Origin: Octopus sinensis
Lineage: Eukaryota
DNA: 64,000 nucleotides
Direction of reading: 5' to 3'
Assembly (NCBI RefSeq): GCF_006345805.1
Contig: NC_042998.1
Location: 49,972,001 to 50,036,000 of the forward strand
In this document: positions 1-12,300 of the stretch, piece after piece
Numbering within the stretch: position 1 is the first letter of the stretch
Layout: every line of letters begins with the position of its first letter
Position numbers and translations under genes: made by a program
Notes under the pieces: generated by a model
Database searches by the model: none
What the model was told of the DNA's origin: nothing
What the model saw: the letters and a program-made list of their open reading frames with translations, nothing else

Positions 1-633
1 GATTATTTATCTGCTCGATGTGAATTTTAAATAACAAGAGTCACAACCTCTGCGACAAAGTCGACGACAATTAACACGTGTACTTCCTATCCTGTTCATA
101 CCCAGGTTGAATAAAACAGACAACAAACAAACCGACAAAGTTTAATAGCTTATAACCAGATATTACTGAAAATCCTTAACTAGAATCAAGAAAATTTGTC
201 TCATAACAGGCGTGGCTATGTGGGTTGGGGTTCAGTTCCACCGCGTGGAACCTTTGGCAAGTGTCTTCTCATAAAGCTCCGGGCCACTCAAGAGCTTTGT
301 GCATAGATTTGCTAGGCGGAAACAGAAAGAAGCCTGTCATATATATAAGCAGATCAATAGGACGTACACAATGGACAGTGAATGTATTTAGTTGACCCTC
401 AGTTTAAGATGGAAAAAAGAGGGGGTGTGACGATTCGAACATGGGACTTCATCAGAAAGAGGAAAGAGGAAAGGTCTGGAGAGATGGATAAGAATAGTCT
501 GAGAAAACTATGATCACGGCTGGAGCAACATCAACAGTGCAATATAATTATTTTAGTCTAGCCGTAGAAAGATATGAATGTCAATATCTTCCAACCAAAT
601 ACTCACTCTGTCTCTGTCCGTCTGTCTCTTCCA

Positions 634-693
<60 letters not shown>

Positions 694-750
694 ATGTGTG
701 CGTGTGTACGTGTGTGTGCATGGGTGTGTATGTGTGTGTTGTGTATCTAC

Positions 751-781
<31 letters not shown>

Positions 782-2477
782 CTATCATCAGCATCATCAT
801 CATCATAAAGCGTGTGCTGGCAGAATCATTAGCAAGTGGAGCAAAATGATTAGCGGCATTTCGTCCGTCTTTACGTTCTGAGTTCAAATTCCGCCGAGGT
901 CTACTTTGCCTTTCATCCTTTCGGGATCGACAGAATAGCTAACAGTTAATTTATGTGGATTTGGGGCGCTTTCAAACTCTACATTTCTAATACTTATGAT
1001 AACCATTAAAAAATCCGAAGAACAGAAAAGAAAAAAAAAATCATTTGAACGACTAAATATAAGTGAAGTTGGGTCAATCATTATTTGCCTCGGTACTGCT
1101 TTTCTCCATCTTTCCATCATTTTCACACGATTAGTTGCTTTAGCCATAACTAATCATGTGACAACCCAAACAGTGACGAAAAAAAAAAGAAAAAATACAG
1201 AAAAATAATTGAATTGAAAATGTAGCAGCAACAAAACCAACTTCACGTTTTTTTTTTCTGATTCTGATGTCTATAAATGTTCGTAAAAAATAATAAACCA
1301 ATGCCTGTAATTTGTATTTGTATACCTAAAAACTGCGTGCTTTACATAGAAAAGGCATAAAAATGCTGCAAAGATTTCAGATAGTGTAGGAAAAAACTTT
1401 GATCTTTCTGTTAAATGGTTTTCATTTCTGAGTGTCAAGCAGTGAAAGATAAGATATTAAGGTATTTTATGATGTATGATATCTATTCACTATAACATCT
1501 TATACACTGTTAGTATGTGGCTGCATAGAACGGAGTTGGTATTGGCACTCAAACATAGACGTAGAATATCTGAAGTAGATTCATATAAGACTGTTTATGT
1601 ATGAATGTATTCATACATACACACACACATATGGCTACTATGTACGTGTACACAGACACAGACACGTACACATTATATATATATATATATATATGAATAG
1701 AAAACTACCAAACCACTAAAGTTAGTGTATAATCACGTAGTCTTGGCCAGTTGCCATACTTAGTTGGAAAATATATTAAAAACATTGAATACAGAGGAAG
1801 CAATGGGTGACATTCTGTTTTGATTCTTTTTCTTCTATTTTGAAATTTTTTTTTTCATTAAACACAGATTCACTGATTCGCAGAGTGAGAGTGTTATTCT
1901 GTGTATATGTGCGCTTATGTAAGAGTGTGCGTTTGCATATGTGAATGAATATATAAGCGCTGTAAATACGACTGCCTATGATATATTTATGGAAAATATC
2001 TGAGAAATTTGACGGGGGTCAACGTTGACTTTTATGTTGTCAGCGTTGATGAAATAGTACTTGCAGTATTCTACTTTATAAAATATATAAGCATTTCCTC
2101 ATCTGAATAGTTTTGTCGGCAGAAAGGGTTTATGGAAAGTAAAAAGTAATTAAATGTAATTGCATATATTTTCGCAAAAATAACTTGCATATACACATTT
2201 ATTGGTACCAAAACTATCTCTCCCACACATAAATAGATACAAAAGAGAAAATGTGAAGCACTTAGTACAAGCACTAAGCGTTAAACAGCCAACAGTTTAT
2301 GACTTAGATATGTATTACTTATAGTTTCACAAACGTGGTGTTTGTGAAAAGATAAGCGTGGCAAATTGTCAGAAAATTTTAATACATATATGCGCATACG
2401 CAAACACACACACACACACAAACACACACACATGTATACTAGATGTATACATTCTACACACATATATAATATAGGAT

Positions 2478-2702
2478 GGCGAGCTGGCAGAATCGTTAGC
2501 ACGCCAGGCGAAATGCTTAGCGGTATTTTGTCTGCTGCTACATTCTGAGTTCAAATTCCGCCGAGGTCGACTTTGCCTTTCATCCTTTCGGGGTTGATAA
2601 ATAAAGTACCAGTTACGCACTGGGGTCGATGTAATCAACTTAATCCCTTTGTCTGTCGTTGTTTGTCCCCTGTGTTTAGCCCCTTGTGGGTAGTAAAGAA
2701 AT
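2478..2702 (+). mobile_element. S1 tRNA-derived SINE, full length
   Basis: A box TGGCAGAATCG, B box GAGTTCAAATTCC, tail ...GTAAAGAAAT. 16-bp TSD ATATATAATATAGGAT at 2462-2477 and 2703-2718. Confidence 0.9.
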
Positions 2703-2863
2703 ATATATAATATAGGATTCAAAATATAAGTAGCTGTTAGCATGATATAGTGAAGCGATGTATTGCTGAAGCTGTTAATTAATTAATAGTAATGACGACA
2801 ACAACAACAGCAATATTAATAATGATTTCGAATTGTGGCACAAGGCCAGCAACTTCAGGTGAG

Positions 2864-3050
2864 ATTGCTGCACAAAACTAAGCTCTCACTACAAATTCAG
2901 TGAAGCATAACACCTATAAAACTTCTGACACCCAGAAATGCAGACTCTGTGGAAAGACTGTGGAAAATGTAATTCACTTGGTAAGTGGATGTGAGAGCCT
3001 TGCACATAAAGAATACAAACGCCGCCACGACAAAATGTGTGTGTATCTTC
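2864..3050 (+). pseudogene. R4/Dong/NeSL-like non-LTR retrotransposon fragment (CCHC zinc knuckle)
   Basis: IAAQN*ALTTNSVKHN...KCRLCGKTVENVIHLVSGCESLAHKEYKRRHD, the post-RT CxxC..H..C..RH motif of RLE-encoding LINEs. Confidence 0.75.
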
Positions 3051-3719
3051 ATCGGTGCAACCAACAACATAGTAAAAAAAAATCCCTGTCATTAATTTAG
3101 TGTGGATTGGTAATATCAAATAATTCAATCACAACATATATTTAGATTAAACAAGAAAAAAATTGAAATATTATCATCACTTACATGGAAAAATTGAAAT
3201 ATTATCTTTCAGTATTTTATAAGGTAAAATCTTAATTTATTAATTGACCCATTATTAATTATCTTATAACAGCAATGCCTGGAAAAATCATGGATTACAT
3301 GGAAAAATGCGAGCATGAAAAGTCATATTCTTAAGATTATAAACCTGGATAAGTATAGGACAAAATATTACATCTGTAAAAGTATAGGAGGAGCTATTAC
3401 TTCTAGTAAAGTAAAGAATGCATATATGGGTACAGGACGTCACCAACTGGTTAAAACAATATGAAGTACGAAAAAAGTTACATACCCAAACAACGAGAGA
3501 AAGCAATGGAAAACAGGACAAGTAACAGAGCACGGCCCTTCATCAGTTGTCGGATGTCTCTCTCTAGTTCTCATTTCGTGCAGCTCCCCACAATGGGAAC
3601 CATCTAGCTGCTAGATCACATGCCTCAACCTCACACAAGCATACACTCATACAGACCTACAGAATCACACACACTCATACACAGAACAACACATACACAC
3701 ATACATATATATTGGTGTC

Positions 3720-4100
3720 AAATTTTAGCACTAGTTTTAGGTGAGGGATAAGTCGATTACATCGACCCTAGTGTTCAAATAATATTTCTTTTATCAAACC
3801 CGAAAGGATTAAAGGCAAAGTCGACCTCGGCGGAATTTGAACTCAGAACGTAGCGGAACACGAAATACCTATTTCTTTACTACCCACAAGAGGCTAAACA
3901 CTGAGGAGACAAACAGGGACAGACAGACGGATTAAGTCGATTACATCGACCCCAATGCGTAACTGGTACTTATTTAATCGACCCCGAAAGTATGAAAGGC
4001 AAAGTCGACCTCGGCGGAATTTCGAACACAGAACGTAACGGCAGGCGAAATACGGCTACGGATTTCGCCCGGTGTGCTAACGTTTCTGCCAGCTGTCCGC
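3720..4100 (-). mobile_element. S1 SINE dimer
   Basis: Two bodies with the GAAATAGGTATTTCG junction at 3861-3880. Confidence 0.8.
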
Positions 4101-4132
4101 CGTGCACACACGTACCCCCTCCCACACGCACG

Positions 4133-4171
<39 letters not shown>

Positions 4172-4830
4172 TAACAGGAGACAATATTGCTAATATTTAT
4201 ATGCTGAATGTTCCCGAAACACATATTCGGTGAAAAGTAAAAGTTAATAATAGTAAAAATTAATATTGGTGTGTATTGCCCTTTTGGGAAGCGGTAGTTC
4301 CATGAGAAAGCATTTCCAAATGTTTATTGGTTTTTGTAGACATTCAGGAAATTTAGCTGCCACCTAAGTTGTCCAGCGTACCATAAAGCAACTATTAAGA
4401 AATCTGTATTGTTAGGATATACGCTATATTCCCGACAAATTTCAATTAGTGTTCAACCAGGTGGTATGAAGACTGTCCGTCCAGTCAAGGCATGGCATAT
4501 TTATACTGTTGTTATAGTTTTATTATAGTTTTACTTTATCATTCTGCAGCTGAATAGAAGATGCTGAAAGAGGCTACGAGAATGTTGTTTATACGGAAGT
4601 CAGCGATGATCGAGCAAGCCTATGATAAAAGACGTTCCAGTCATGACCATTACGTATGACATAACGTTTATGAAGTTAATAAAGTGTTATTTGAGGGAGA
4701 AATGGTTTTTTTTCTAGCAAGCTGAGGTACAACTCTTTGAGTTTATTAATGAAATGTATTGGAGATGGTTGAAAGGTGACATTGATAAGTTCATAAGAGA
4801 TGCGTTTCCTTTATATTTCACCTGATACAT

Positions 4831-5227
4831 GTTTCTTTATTAGCCACGCAGGGCTGAACACAGAGGGGACACATTACAAAATAGAGCTTTTCTTTTTGGG
4901 GAGAAAAAAAAGGAAAAAGAAAAAAGGGGAGTAAGTTTTCGATCAAAAGGGATCGTAAAAAGGAGAGAGAGAGAAGTGGGGAGAGAGAGGTGGAGAGTGG
5001 GAGAAGTGGGGAGAGAGAAGGGGAGAGAGAGAAGTGGAGGGAAAGAGAGGTGGAGAGAGAGAGAGAAGTGGGGAGAGAGAGAGGTGGGGAGAGAGAGAGG
5101 AGAGAGAGAAGTAGAGGGAGAGAGAGAGGTGGAGAGAGTGGGAGAGAGGTGGAGAGAGTCGACTATATCACCCCCAGTTATCAACTGGTACTTATTTTGT
5201 CGACCCCGAAAGAACGAAAGGCAAATG
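4831..5227 (-). mobile_element. Chimeric SINE: S1 central domain + CT-rich tract + Tx1-like LINE 3'UTR tail
   Basis: Minus strand: TTTGCCTTTCGTTCTTTCGGGGTCGACAAAATAAGTACC (S1 body, 5158-5227), then a pyrimidine tract, then TTTACGATCCCTTTTGATCG...AAAAGAAAAGCTCTA...CAGCCCTGCGTGGCTAATAAAGAAAC, matching 18945-19082. Confidence 0.75.
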
Positions 5228-5853
5228 TAAGTACTGGGATCGATTCATTCGAAAAAAAATTCTTCAATGCAAGGCCCCAAACATGGCTGCAGTCTAATGA
5301 CGCAAACAAGTAAAAGATAGTAGATGTGACTGTGTGGTAAGAAGCTTGCTTTCCATTTACATGGTTCCGGGTTCAGTTCCACTGCGTGACACCTTGGGCA
5401 AGTGTCTTCTATTTTAGCTTCAGGCGGGCTAAATTTTTGTAAGTGGATTGGGTAGACGGAAACTGAAAGAAGCCCGGTGTATATATGTGTGTGTGTTTGT
5501 GTCTATCTTCGGCAAAAGAACCCGATAGAATAAGTAATGGGATTAAATAACAAGTGTGGGGTCGATTTGTTCGACTAAAACCCTTCAAGGCGGTGCTCCA
5601 GCATGGCTGCAGTCAAATGACTGAAACAAATAAAACAATTATATAAACATATAAAGAACACACAGACACACACATACGTGCAAACACACACACGTGCAAA
5701 AACACACACACGAACACATACACACATAAACATACAATTCTGTACCATAGTGGATAACAGACGCTCAAGGTGACATGAAATGTGACTGAAGCACGAACCA
5801 TGTGGTCGGGAAGCAAGTTTCATAATACAGTCTCACCTTCGCCTATATATATG

Positions 5854-5886
<33 letters not shown>

Positions 5887-6605
5887 CATATATATATATA
5901 TGTATATATATAGTATATATGTAATGTATGTGTATATATATCACGTGACCGACCAGGCTATCACATGTTGCTACAATCCCTGGTCACAATGCGCTTCGCA
6001 TTGTTTTCGCCTTCAAATGACGCCACCCCGCTGGCTAAGCGAGCAGTCCAATATATATATATATATATTATATATATATAATATAGTATATATATATATA
6101 TAATATATATATATATATGCGTTTGCAGACACATTATACATATCAACCAATCATTTATACACTTTCATGTACAGAAAAAACAATAAAACACACACGTTCT
6201 ATATACACCCGACATAAGACATTTAAGACGATGCATAGAAATACAGAGAAAACAACATGTTAACACTCATAACATGAACGTAAAAAATTCTTAGATACTC
6301 TTGAATTTCTGCCAGAAGAGATTTCTTCAGAATTTGGAAAAGCAAAACTTGATTCTCAAGAACTCACGAGAGGGAATTACTAGACACTGTCATCAACTTC
6401 TAAAATGTCTCTAGATGATAAGTACTGATTTCTTGAAATATAATTAAAGAATGTATATATGAATTTCAATTCACTTAGTATTGTTTACTAATGTTATTCA
6501 GTAAATCACAAGCTACTTCAATTATCTACACTATCCATTGGCTGGCTTCAGTTCTTTCTTTTCTCCTGCTAATTTTTGACATACGTACGTATATACATAC
6601 ATACA

Positions 6606-6668
<63 letters not shown>

Positions 6669-6898
6669 TATATACGTATGTGTGTATATGTTTGTGTGTG
6701 TGTGTGTGCACATATATTTATAGAGATACATATATGTATCTCTATACATATATGTGTGTGTATATATACATGTAGCTATATGTATATATATGCATAAATG
6801 TGTGCGCGTATTAAAGTAGCCCACGTCTATTGAACCAGTATATATATATAAATATATGAAAGAATGGAGCTGAACGACGAATTAACAAAATTCCTTTA

Positions 6899-6981
6899 TT
6901 TTCGACATATGTTTCGAAGGCTGCATATTCCTAATTGCGAAGGAATAAGGAGTACATTATTCCGCTTTCTCATCAGGAAAA
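6899..6981 (-). ncRNA. Type I hammerhead ribozyme with expanded, branched stem II (Penelope-like element terminus)
   Basis: UUUUC-CUGAUGA-GAAAGC...GCCUUC-GAAA-CAUAUG-UC/GAAAA. 5-bp stem I, G10.1-C11.1, palindromic stem III ACAUAUGU, GUC site, internal hairpin GGAAUAA/UUAUUCC. Confidence 0.8.
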
Positions 6982-7292
6982 GCAAGGAACTTATGTCAAC
7001 ATCAAAATGCACAAAAATCTTTCAGATGAATGCTCACACTATGGGCTCCGTGTTTATTTTCAAAATAAACATACAAATTTCCACACGAAAGCACGTAATC
7101 TATGCCCTAGGCACGTAACTTCAACCGTGTTTTTTTTTCTGATGTGAATTTGCTACCCAGTTATCGGTTAATCCGAATTATCCTAATAAGATAATTCATT
7201 CAACTACTCAAATATATATATATATATATATATCTATATATATATATATTATATATATATATAATATATATATATATATTATATATATATAT

Positions 7293-7507
7293 GGGGTGCT
7301 GAAAAGTTCCTGGCTTTGAGCGTATCGGGAAAGACCTGATTGGAGACTCAAACTTCCGTGCATTTTTACAAGGCTTAAAGAAGCTGAAGGAACACTGCAA
7401 TATGTATGTGAAACTGAAAGGGGAATATGTTGAATGAAATCATAATTAACTGATCCTTCTCTGCTTTTTCTCTTACCCAAAGCCACGAACTTTTCAGCAC
7501 ACCCTCG
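7293..7507 (+). mobile_element. Mariner-derived MITE
   Basis: TIRs GGGGTGCTGAAAAGTTCCTGGCTTTG / CAAAGCCACGAACTTTTCAGCACACCCTCG. Retains the transposase C-terminus GLKKLKEHCNMYVKLKGEYVE* (7372-7437). Confidence 0.8.
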
Positions 7508-7558
<51 letters not shown>

Positions 7559-8401
7559 GTCTGTCTGTCTGTCTGTCTGTTTGTTTGTCTGTCTGTCTGT
7601 CTGCCTGTCTACCTGCTTGCTTGTCTGCATGTCTGTCTGTCTCTGCCTGTCTGTCTGTGCATCTATCTATTTGCCTACAAATAAGAATAGCCACCAAGGT
7701 GGATGCCTAGTACGCTAGAAGAAGACTCCAAATCACCTTACTATGAAGAATATGTTCTCAATGTTGGTGGCTATTCCTCTTATTTATATATGTAACATAA
7801 TTCATAGTCCTCGGATATTTTTTAAAGTATGCTAGACACTAGTTTAAATTAATATTATTTAATACTATTAATTTCTACCCTCATTATCTATCTATAAAAA
7901 TATGTATATATAATTCGTTTTCGTTGGTATGCTAAATGCTGTCTGACAGCTCCTACTAGTGTCGTATGGAATTTACAGCTTGCAGTCAAAACTTCTTTTG
8001 TAAGAACTTGGATATTATATCTAGTAGCAAATCACGCAATACCAAGTAGCTCAAACAGTAAATGGTTTGATGCTCTGTTGTTATTCTTAAAATTGCTTCC
8101 AAGTAATAACCTTAATTTAAAATATACATTCGCTTCTTTCACGAAGTAGATATACTAATCCAAAGAATCTGATGCCTATAAAGACTCAACACATCGAGAT
8201 TCCATTTTGGATAAAGAATTTACTAACACCACTGGCTGAATAAGCCGTCAGTCGACACATAAAATCTCGCTCAAATAGAGTTTTATAATAAGTCTGATGT
8301 TACTTTCAGTATTAAATCTCTACATCAGTGAATTTTTCGTCGTTATACTTAAACTTTTAAAGTTGTTGCAAGACAATAAACATAATATAACAAGCGCACG
8401 C

Positions 8402-8466
8402 CGTATATATATATATATATATATATTATTATATATATATATATATATATATATTATATTATATAT

Positions 8467-8500
<34 letters not shown>

Positions 8501-8545
8501 AATATATTATATATATATATATATATATATAACATATATATATAT

Positions 8546-8621
<76 letters not shown>

Positions 8622-8639
8622 CTATATATAATATATATA

Positions 8640-8678
<39 letters not shown>

Positions 8679-8745
8679 TTATATATATATATATAACTAT
8701 ATATATATAAATATATATAATATATATATCTATATATAAATATAT

Positions 8746-8811
<66 letters not shown>

Positions 8812-8829
8812 TAATATATATAAATAAAT

Positions 8830-8860
<31 letters not shown>

Positions 8861-8866
8861 ATATAG

Positions 8867-8899
<33 letters not shown>

Positions 8900-8949
8900 A
8901 ATATATATATATAATATATATATATATATAAATATATATATATATCAAT

Positions 8950-9028
<79 letters not shown>

Positions 9029-9037
9029 TAATATAAT
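8402..9037. repeat. Long interrupted (TA)n microsatellite
   Basis: Direct reading. Confidence 0.95.
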
Positions 9038-9044
9038 TATTAGT

Positions 9045-9275
9045 GAATTGAAGAAATGGAGTTGAACGAAGATGAACAAAAATCGTTTTATTGGCATTCT
9101 CCACACGTTTTCGAAAGCCACAATTTACCAATTCCGATTGAATAAGGAGACCATATTGTGTCTTTCTCTTCAGGAAGAAATAGGAAATCCGTTGGAAAAA
9201 ACAAAGCAGAACAGAGGCGGAGCAAAACAAATCGAACGAGGCTCCTAAAAGCCCATGGCCAAACTGTTTATCAAT
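9045..9275 (-). mobile_element. Penelope-like terminal repeat fragment with a damaged hammerhead (same family as 43605-44016)
   Basis: Aligns to 43620-43845. The CUGAAGA core and stem II are retained, but stem III and the cleavage site read GAAAACGUGUGG. Confidence 0.7.
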
Positions 9276-9283
9276 GTATGTTG

Positions 9284-9874
9284 AAAACGGGTGGTGGGTG
9301 CGTTGAAGATTTTAACAGGTCAGGCAGCGTTCATTCCGGTGGGTGAGAGCACGGGGTGCTTAGATGTTCTTTGTGACCGAGACTAAAGAGAAATATGATT
9401 AACCATTGCAAGGGGAATTACTCCTGGGAGACGAATGGTGTTTTGTTTTGACGACGGGGGGTTTCTTTGACAAGGCATGATTAGACGAATACACGCACAC
9501 ATAAAATATATTTTTCTGCCGCTTGACGGATTTTACAGCAGTGACCATTGTGTAGGGCTGTTTACCAACTGACGGCCGCGCGATCAAACGCACATACGAA
9601 TACATAAAATATTTTCTACCCCCTGACGGATTTCTCAGCAGTGACCAGAGTGTAGCGCGCTTCTTACCAACTGCGGCCGCGCATATATAGAACAGTACAC
9701 ACACAACTGTTTCTAAGTAGATTTTGTCTTGCCCCATATAATACACCTAATATCTTTAAATAGTCAGAACTTTAGTCTCGGTCACAAAGAACATCTAAGC
9801 ACCCCGTGCTCTCACCCACCGGAATGACCGCTGCCTGACCTGTTAAAATCTTCAACGCACCCACCACCCGTTTT
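9284..9874. mobile_element. Element with 105-bp near-perfect inverted repeats (possible MITE or foldback), running into the gap
   Basis: 9284-9388 is the reverse complement of 9770-9874 with one mismatch. Internal ~70-bp diverged direct repeat at ~9525-9580 and ~9624-9682. Confidence 0.65.
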
Positions 9875-9974
9875 NNNNNNNNNNNNNNNNNNNNNNNNNN
9901 NNNNNNNNNNNNNNNNNNNNNNNNNNNNNNNNNNNNNNNNNNNNNNNNNNNNNNNNNNNNNNNNNNNNNNNNNN
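9875..9974. other. Assembly gap (100 N)
   Basis: Run of N. Confidence 1.
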
Positions 9975-9991
9975 CAGAAATTCCTCAGAAA

Positions 9992-10917
9992 TAACCCACG
10001 CTGGTGGAAAGGGGAGAACAGAGATTCTTCGCTTGCTTATTTGAATTTGTTGGCACTGTTAGTGGGAAGCAAATCTTCGAAAGGGTATGTTTATTTTCAG
10101 TGTTTCCAAATCCAACCAAGGAATTTCTGAGCCGATGATAGAAATGTTGTTTTGACTAATCTTGAAACGTACGTTCTCGAATAACCTTAGCATTTGATTT
10201 TTCGATGTCCTTACCCCCAAACTTTTGTGAGTTGAATTAAGCAAGCACTATATATGAGAGAGATTTTCTTTAAGTATTAGAAATAGCTTTTAAAAAAGTT
10301 TTTTAGCTGCTATTTCTAATGAGTTCAGTATGCGGCAAAGTAATTTATTTTACTAAGCCCTTTTATATAATGTAATAATTTGAATTCGCCTTGAATGGTC
10401 CCTTTGCATACTGAACACTTGGTGAAATTGATTAATAATTAATAATTTTGCCCTCAATTGTTGAAATTATAATTAATCTCCCTCTGATTAATGCTTCGGA
10501 TTTTACCGAAACCAAAGAAGCATATGTGTTTGATGATTTTAACCCACGCTGGTGGAAAGGGGAGAACAGAGATTCTTCGCTGCTTATTGAATTTGTTGGC
10601 ACTGTTAGTTGGAAGCAAATCTTCGAAAGGGTATGTTCTTATTTTCAGTGTTTCCAAATCCAAACCAAGGAATTTCTGAGCCGATGATAGAAATGTTGTT
10701 TTGACTAATCTTGAAACGTACGTTTTCGAATAACCTTAGCATTTGATTTTCGATTGTCCTTACCCCCAAACTTTTGTGAGTTGAATTAAGCAAGCACTAT
10801 ATATGAGAGAGATTTTCTTTAAGTATTAGAAATAGCTTTTAAAAAAGTTTTTTAGCTGCTATTTCTAATGAGTTCAGTATGCGGCAAAGTAATTTATTTT
10901 ACTAAGCCCTTTTATAT

Positions 10918-10920
<3 letters not shown>
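9992..10920. repeat. Near-identical direct duplication (9992-10371 and 10540-10920)
   Basis: The copies differ mainly by 1-nt indels and lie next to the gap. Confidence 0.85.
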
Positions 10921-10950
<30 letters not shown>

Positions 10951-11083
10951 ATATTATATATATATACACACAATATATATATGTATGTATGTATATTAAT
11001 GATTTTCATTTTTCAGAACACATCTTGCAAAATGCCAACTTTGTCGCTACATCTGTCTGTCTGTCTCTCTGTCTGTCTGCCTG

Positions 11084-11156
<73 letters not shown>

Positions 11157-11332
11157 AGATATATATGTATAGACATGCATATGCATCATGCATGTATGCG
11201 TGTGAGTGTCTGTGTATTAATATATATGCATATACATATAAATATATATATATATGTTTATATAATATATTCATCCTTACACGCACACACACACACACTC
11301 ACGCATATATATCTCAGTTTGATTCAGTTCTA

Positions 11333-11400
11333 TATGGCTTAAAGTTTCGTGGGCACGTAGGACGCATCCATCTCATCAGAAATCTTCTGATTTCTGATGA
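11333..11400 (-). ncRNA. Degenerate hammerhead-like motif abutting a perfect 12-bp fold-back
   Basis: CUGAUGA-GAUGGAUGCGU-CCU-ACGUGCCCAC-GAAA-CUUUAAG-CC (GUC to GCC). Inverted repeat TCATCAGAAATC/GATTTCTGATGA at 11373-11400. Confidence 0.45.
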
Positions 11401-12149
11401 AACAGATTGCTAAATAGACGGTTGAATCGATAGATGGAAAGAGATTGACAGATAGGTGTTTATACGTATATAGAGAAAGAGAGACTTCTATTGGTGTGCA
11501 GATATTGAGAGAGAAACACCGAGGTATGTAGAATGTAGTTATGTAGGTAAATGCAGACAATTTCTGAATAAGCAGATATCGTGTATCACTGTTGTAGTTC
11601 TGCTAGACCCAATATCTTATCTAATGATGTGTGTTGAGATATATGTCTACTTCTGAGCTAAAATCTCACAACTGAGATAGGTGAAAAGATTGATTAAAAC
11701 CCGTTGATTAACAGCCAGTGTTGACCTGAGGAACCATTCACGAAACTATACCCAGGAGGCATTGAACATTAGTTTTCAATTAACAAGCTTTGTGAGCATG
11801 CATAAGAAATAGAATTTTCTAACCTTTTCTATTTCACACTTTCTGTCAAATAGATAACTGAATTGCCACAAGAAAATAGTTGTGAAGAAGTTAGTTCTTC
11901 AGAGATTAGCGTACGTAGTCAGTATGACACAACACCGTATATGATCGTTATATCTTGCAAAATATACTATATATCTATATGTAAATACACACACACATAC
12001 ACACACACAAACATACACACAAACTCATTCACACAGACAGGCAGACACACAGACACAGACAGACAGACACACACACACACAGACAGACAGACAGACACAC
12101 ACACACACACACGTAAACTATACAGTCAGAAGATGAGGATAACACAAAC

Positions 12150-12300
12150 ACGTGGCGGATGAACGAGCAGGGTGTATTAGAACGTCGCCTTGCCAAACTG
12201 ATAGAAATTATTAACGTTTCGAGCCTATGCTCTTCTACAGAAAGATTAGATGCGGAGAGAGAAAAGATGAAGAGAAAAAGAATGAGTTTGAGCTAAAAAG
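12150..12300 (-). mobile_element. Penelope-like terminal repeat fragment with degenerate hammerhead-like motif
   Basis: CUUU-CUGUAGA-A-GAGC-AUAG-GCUC-GAAACGUU at 12209-12245; flanks resemble 60120-60230. Confidence 0.55.

Noticed and set aside
9992-10920. Tandem ~380-bp duplication
   Set aside because: It sits beside the N gap and differs mostly by single-base indels, so a contig-end assembly artefact is likely. No recognisable protein.
11854-11910. Small exon candidates (also 1514-1598, 26390-26421, and from 40739)
   Set aside because: AG/GT boundaries and short open frames are expected by chance in 64 kb; there is no recognisable homology and no consistent phase chain.
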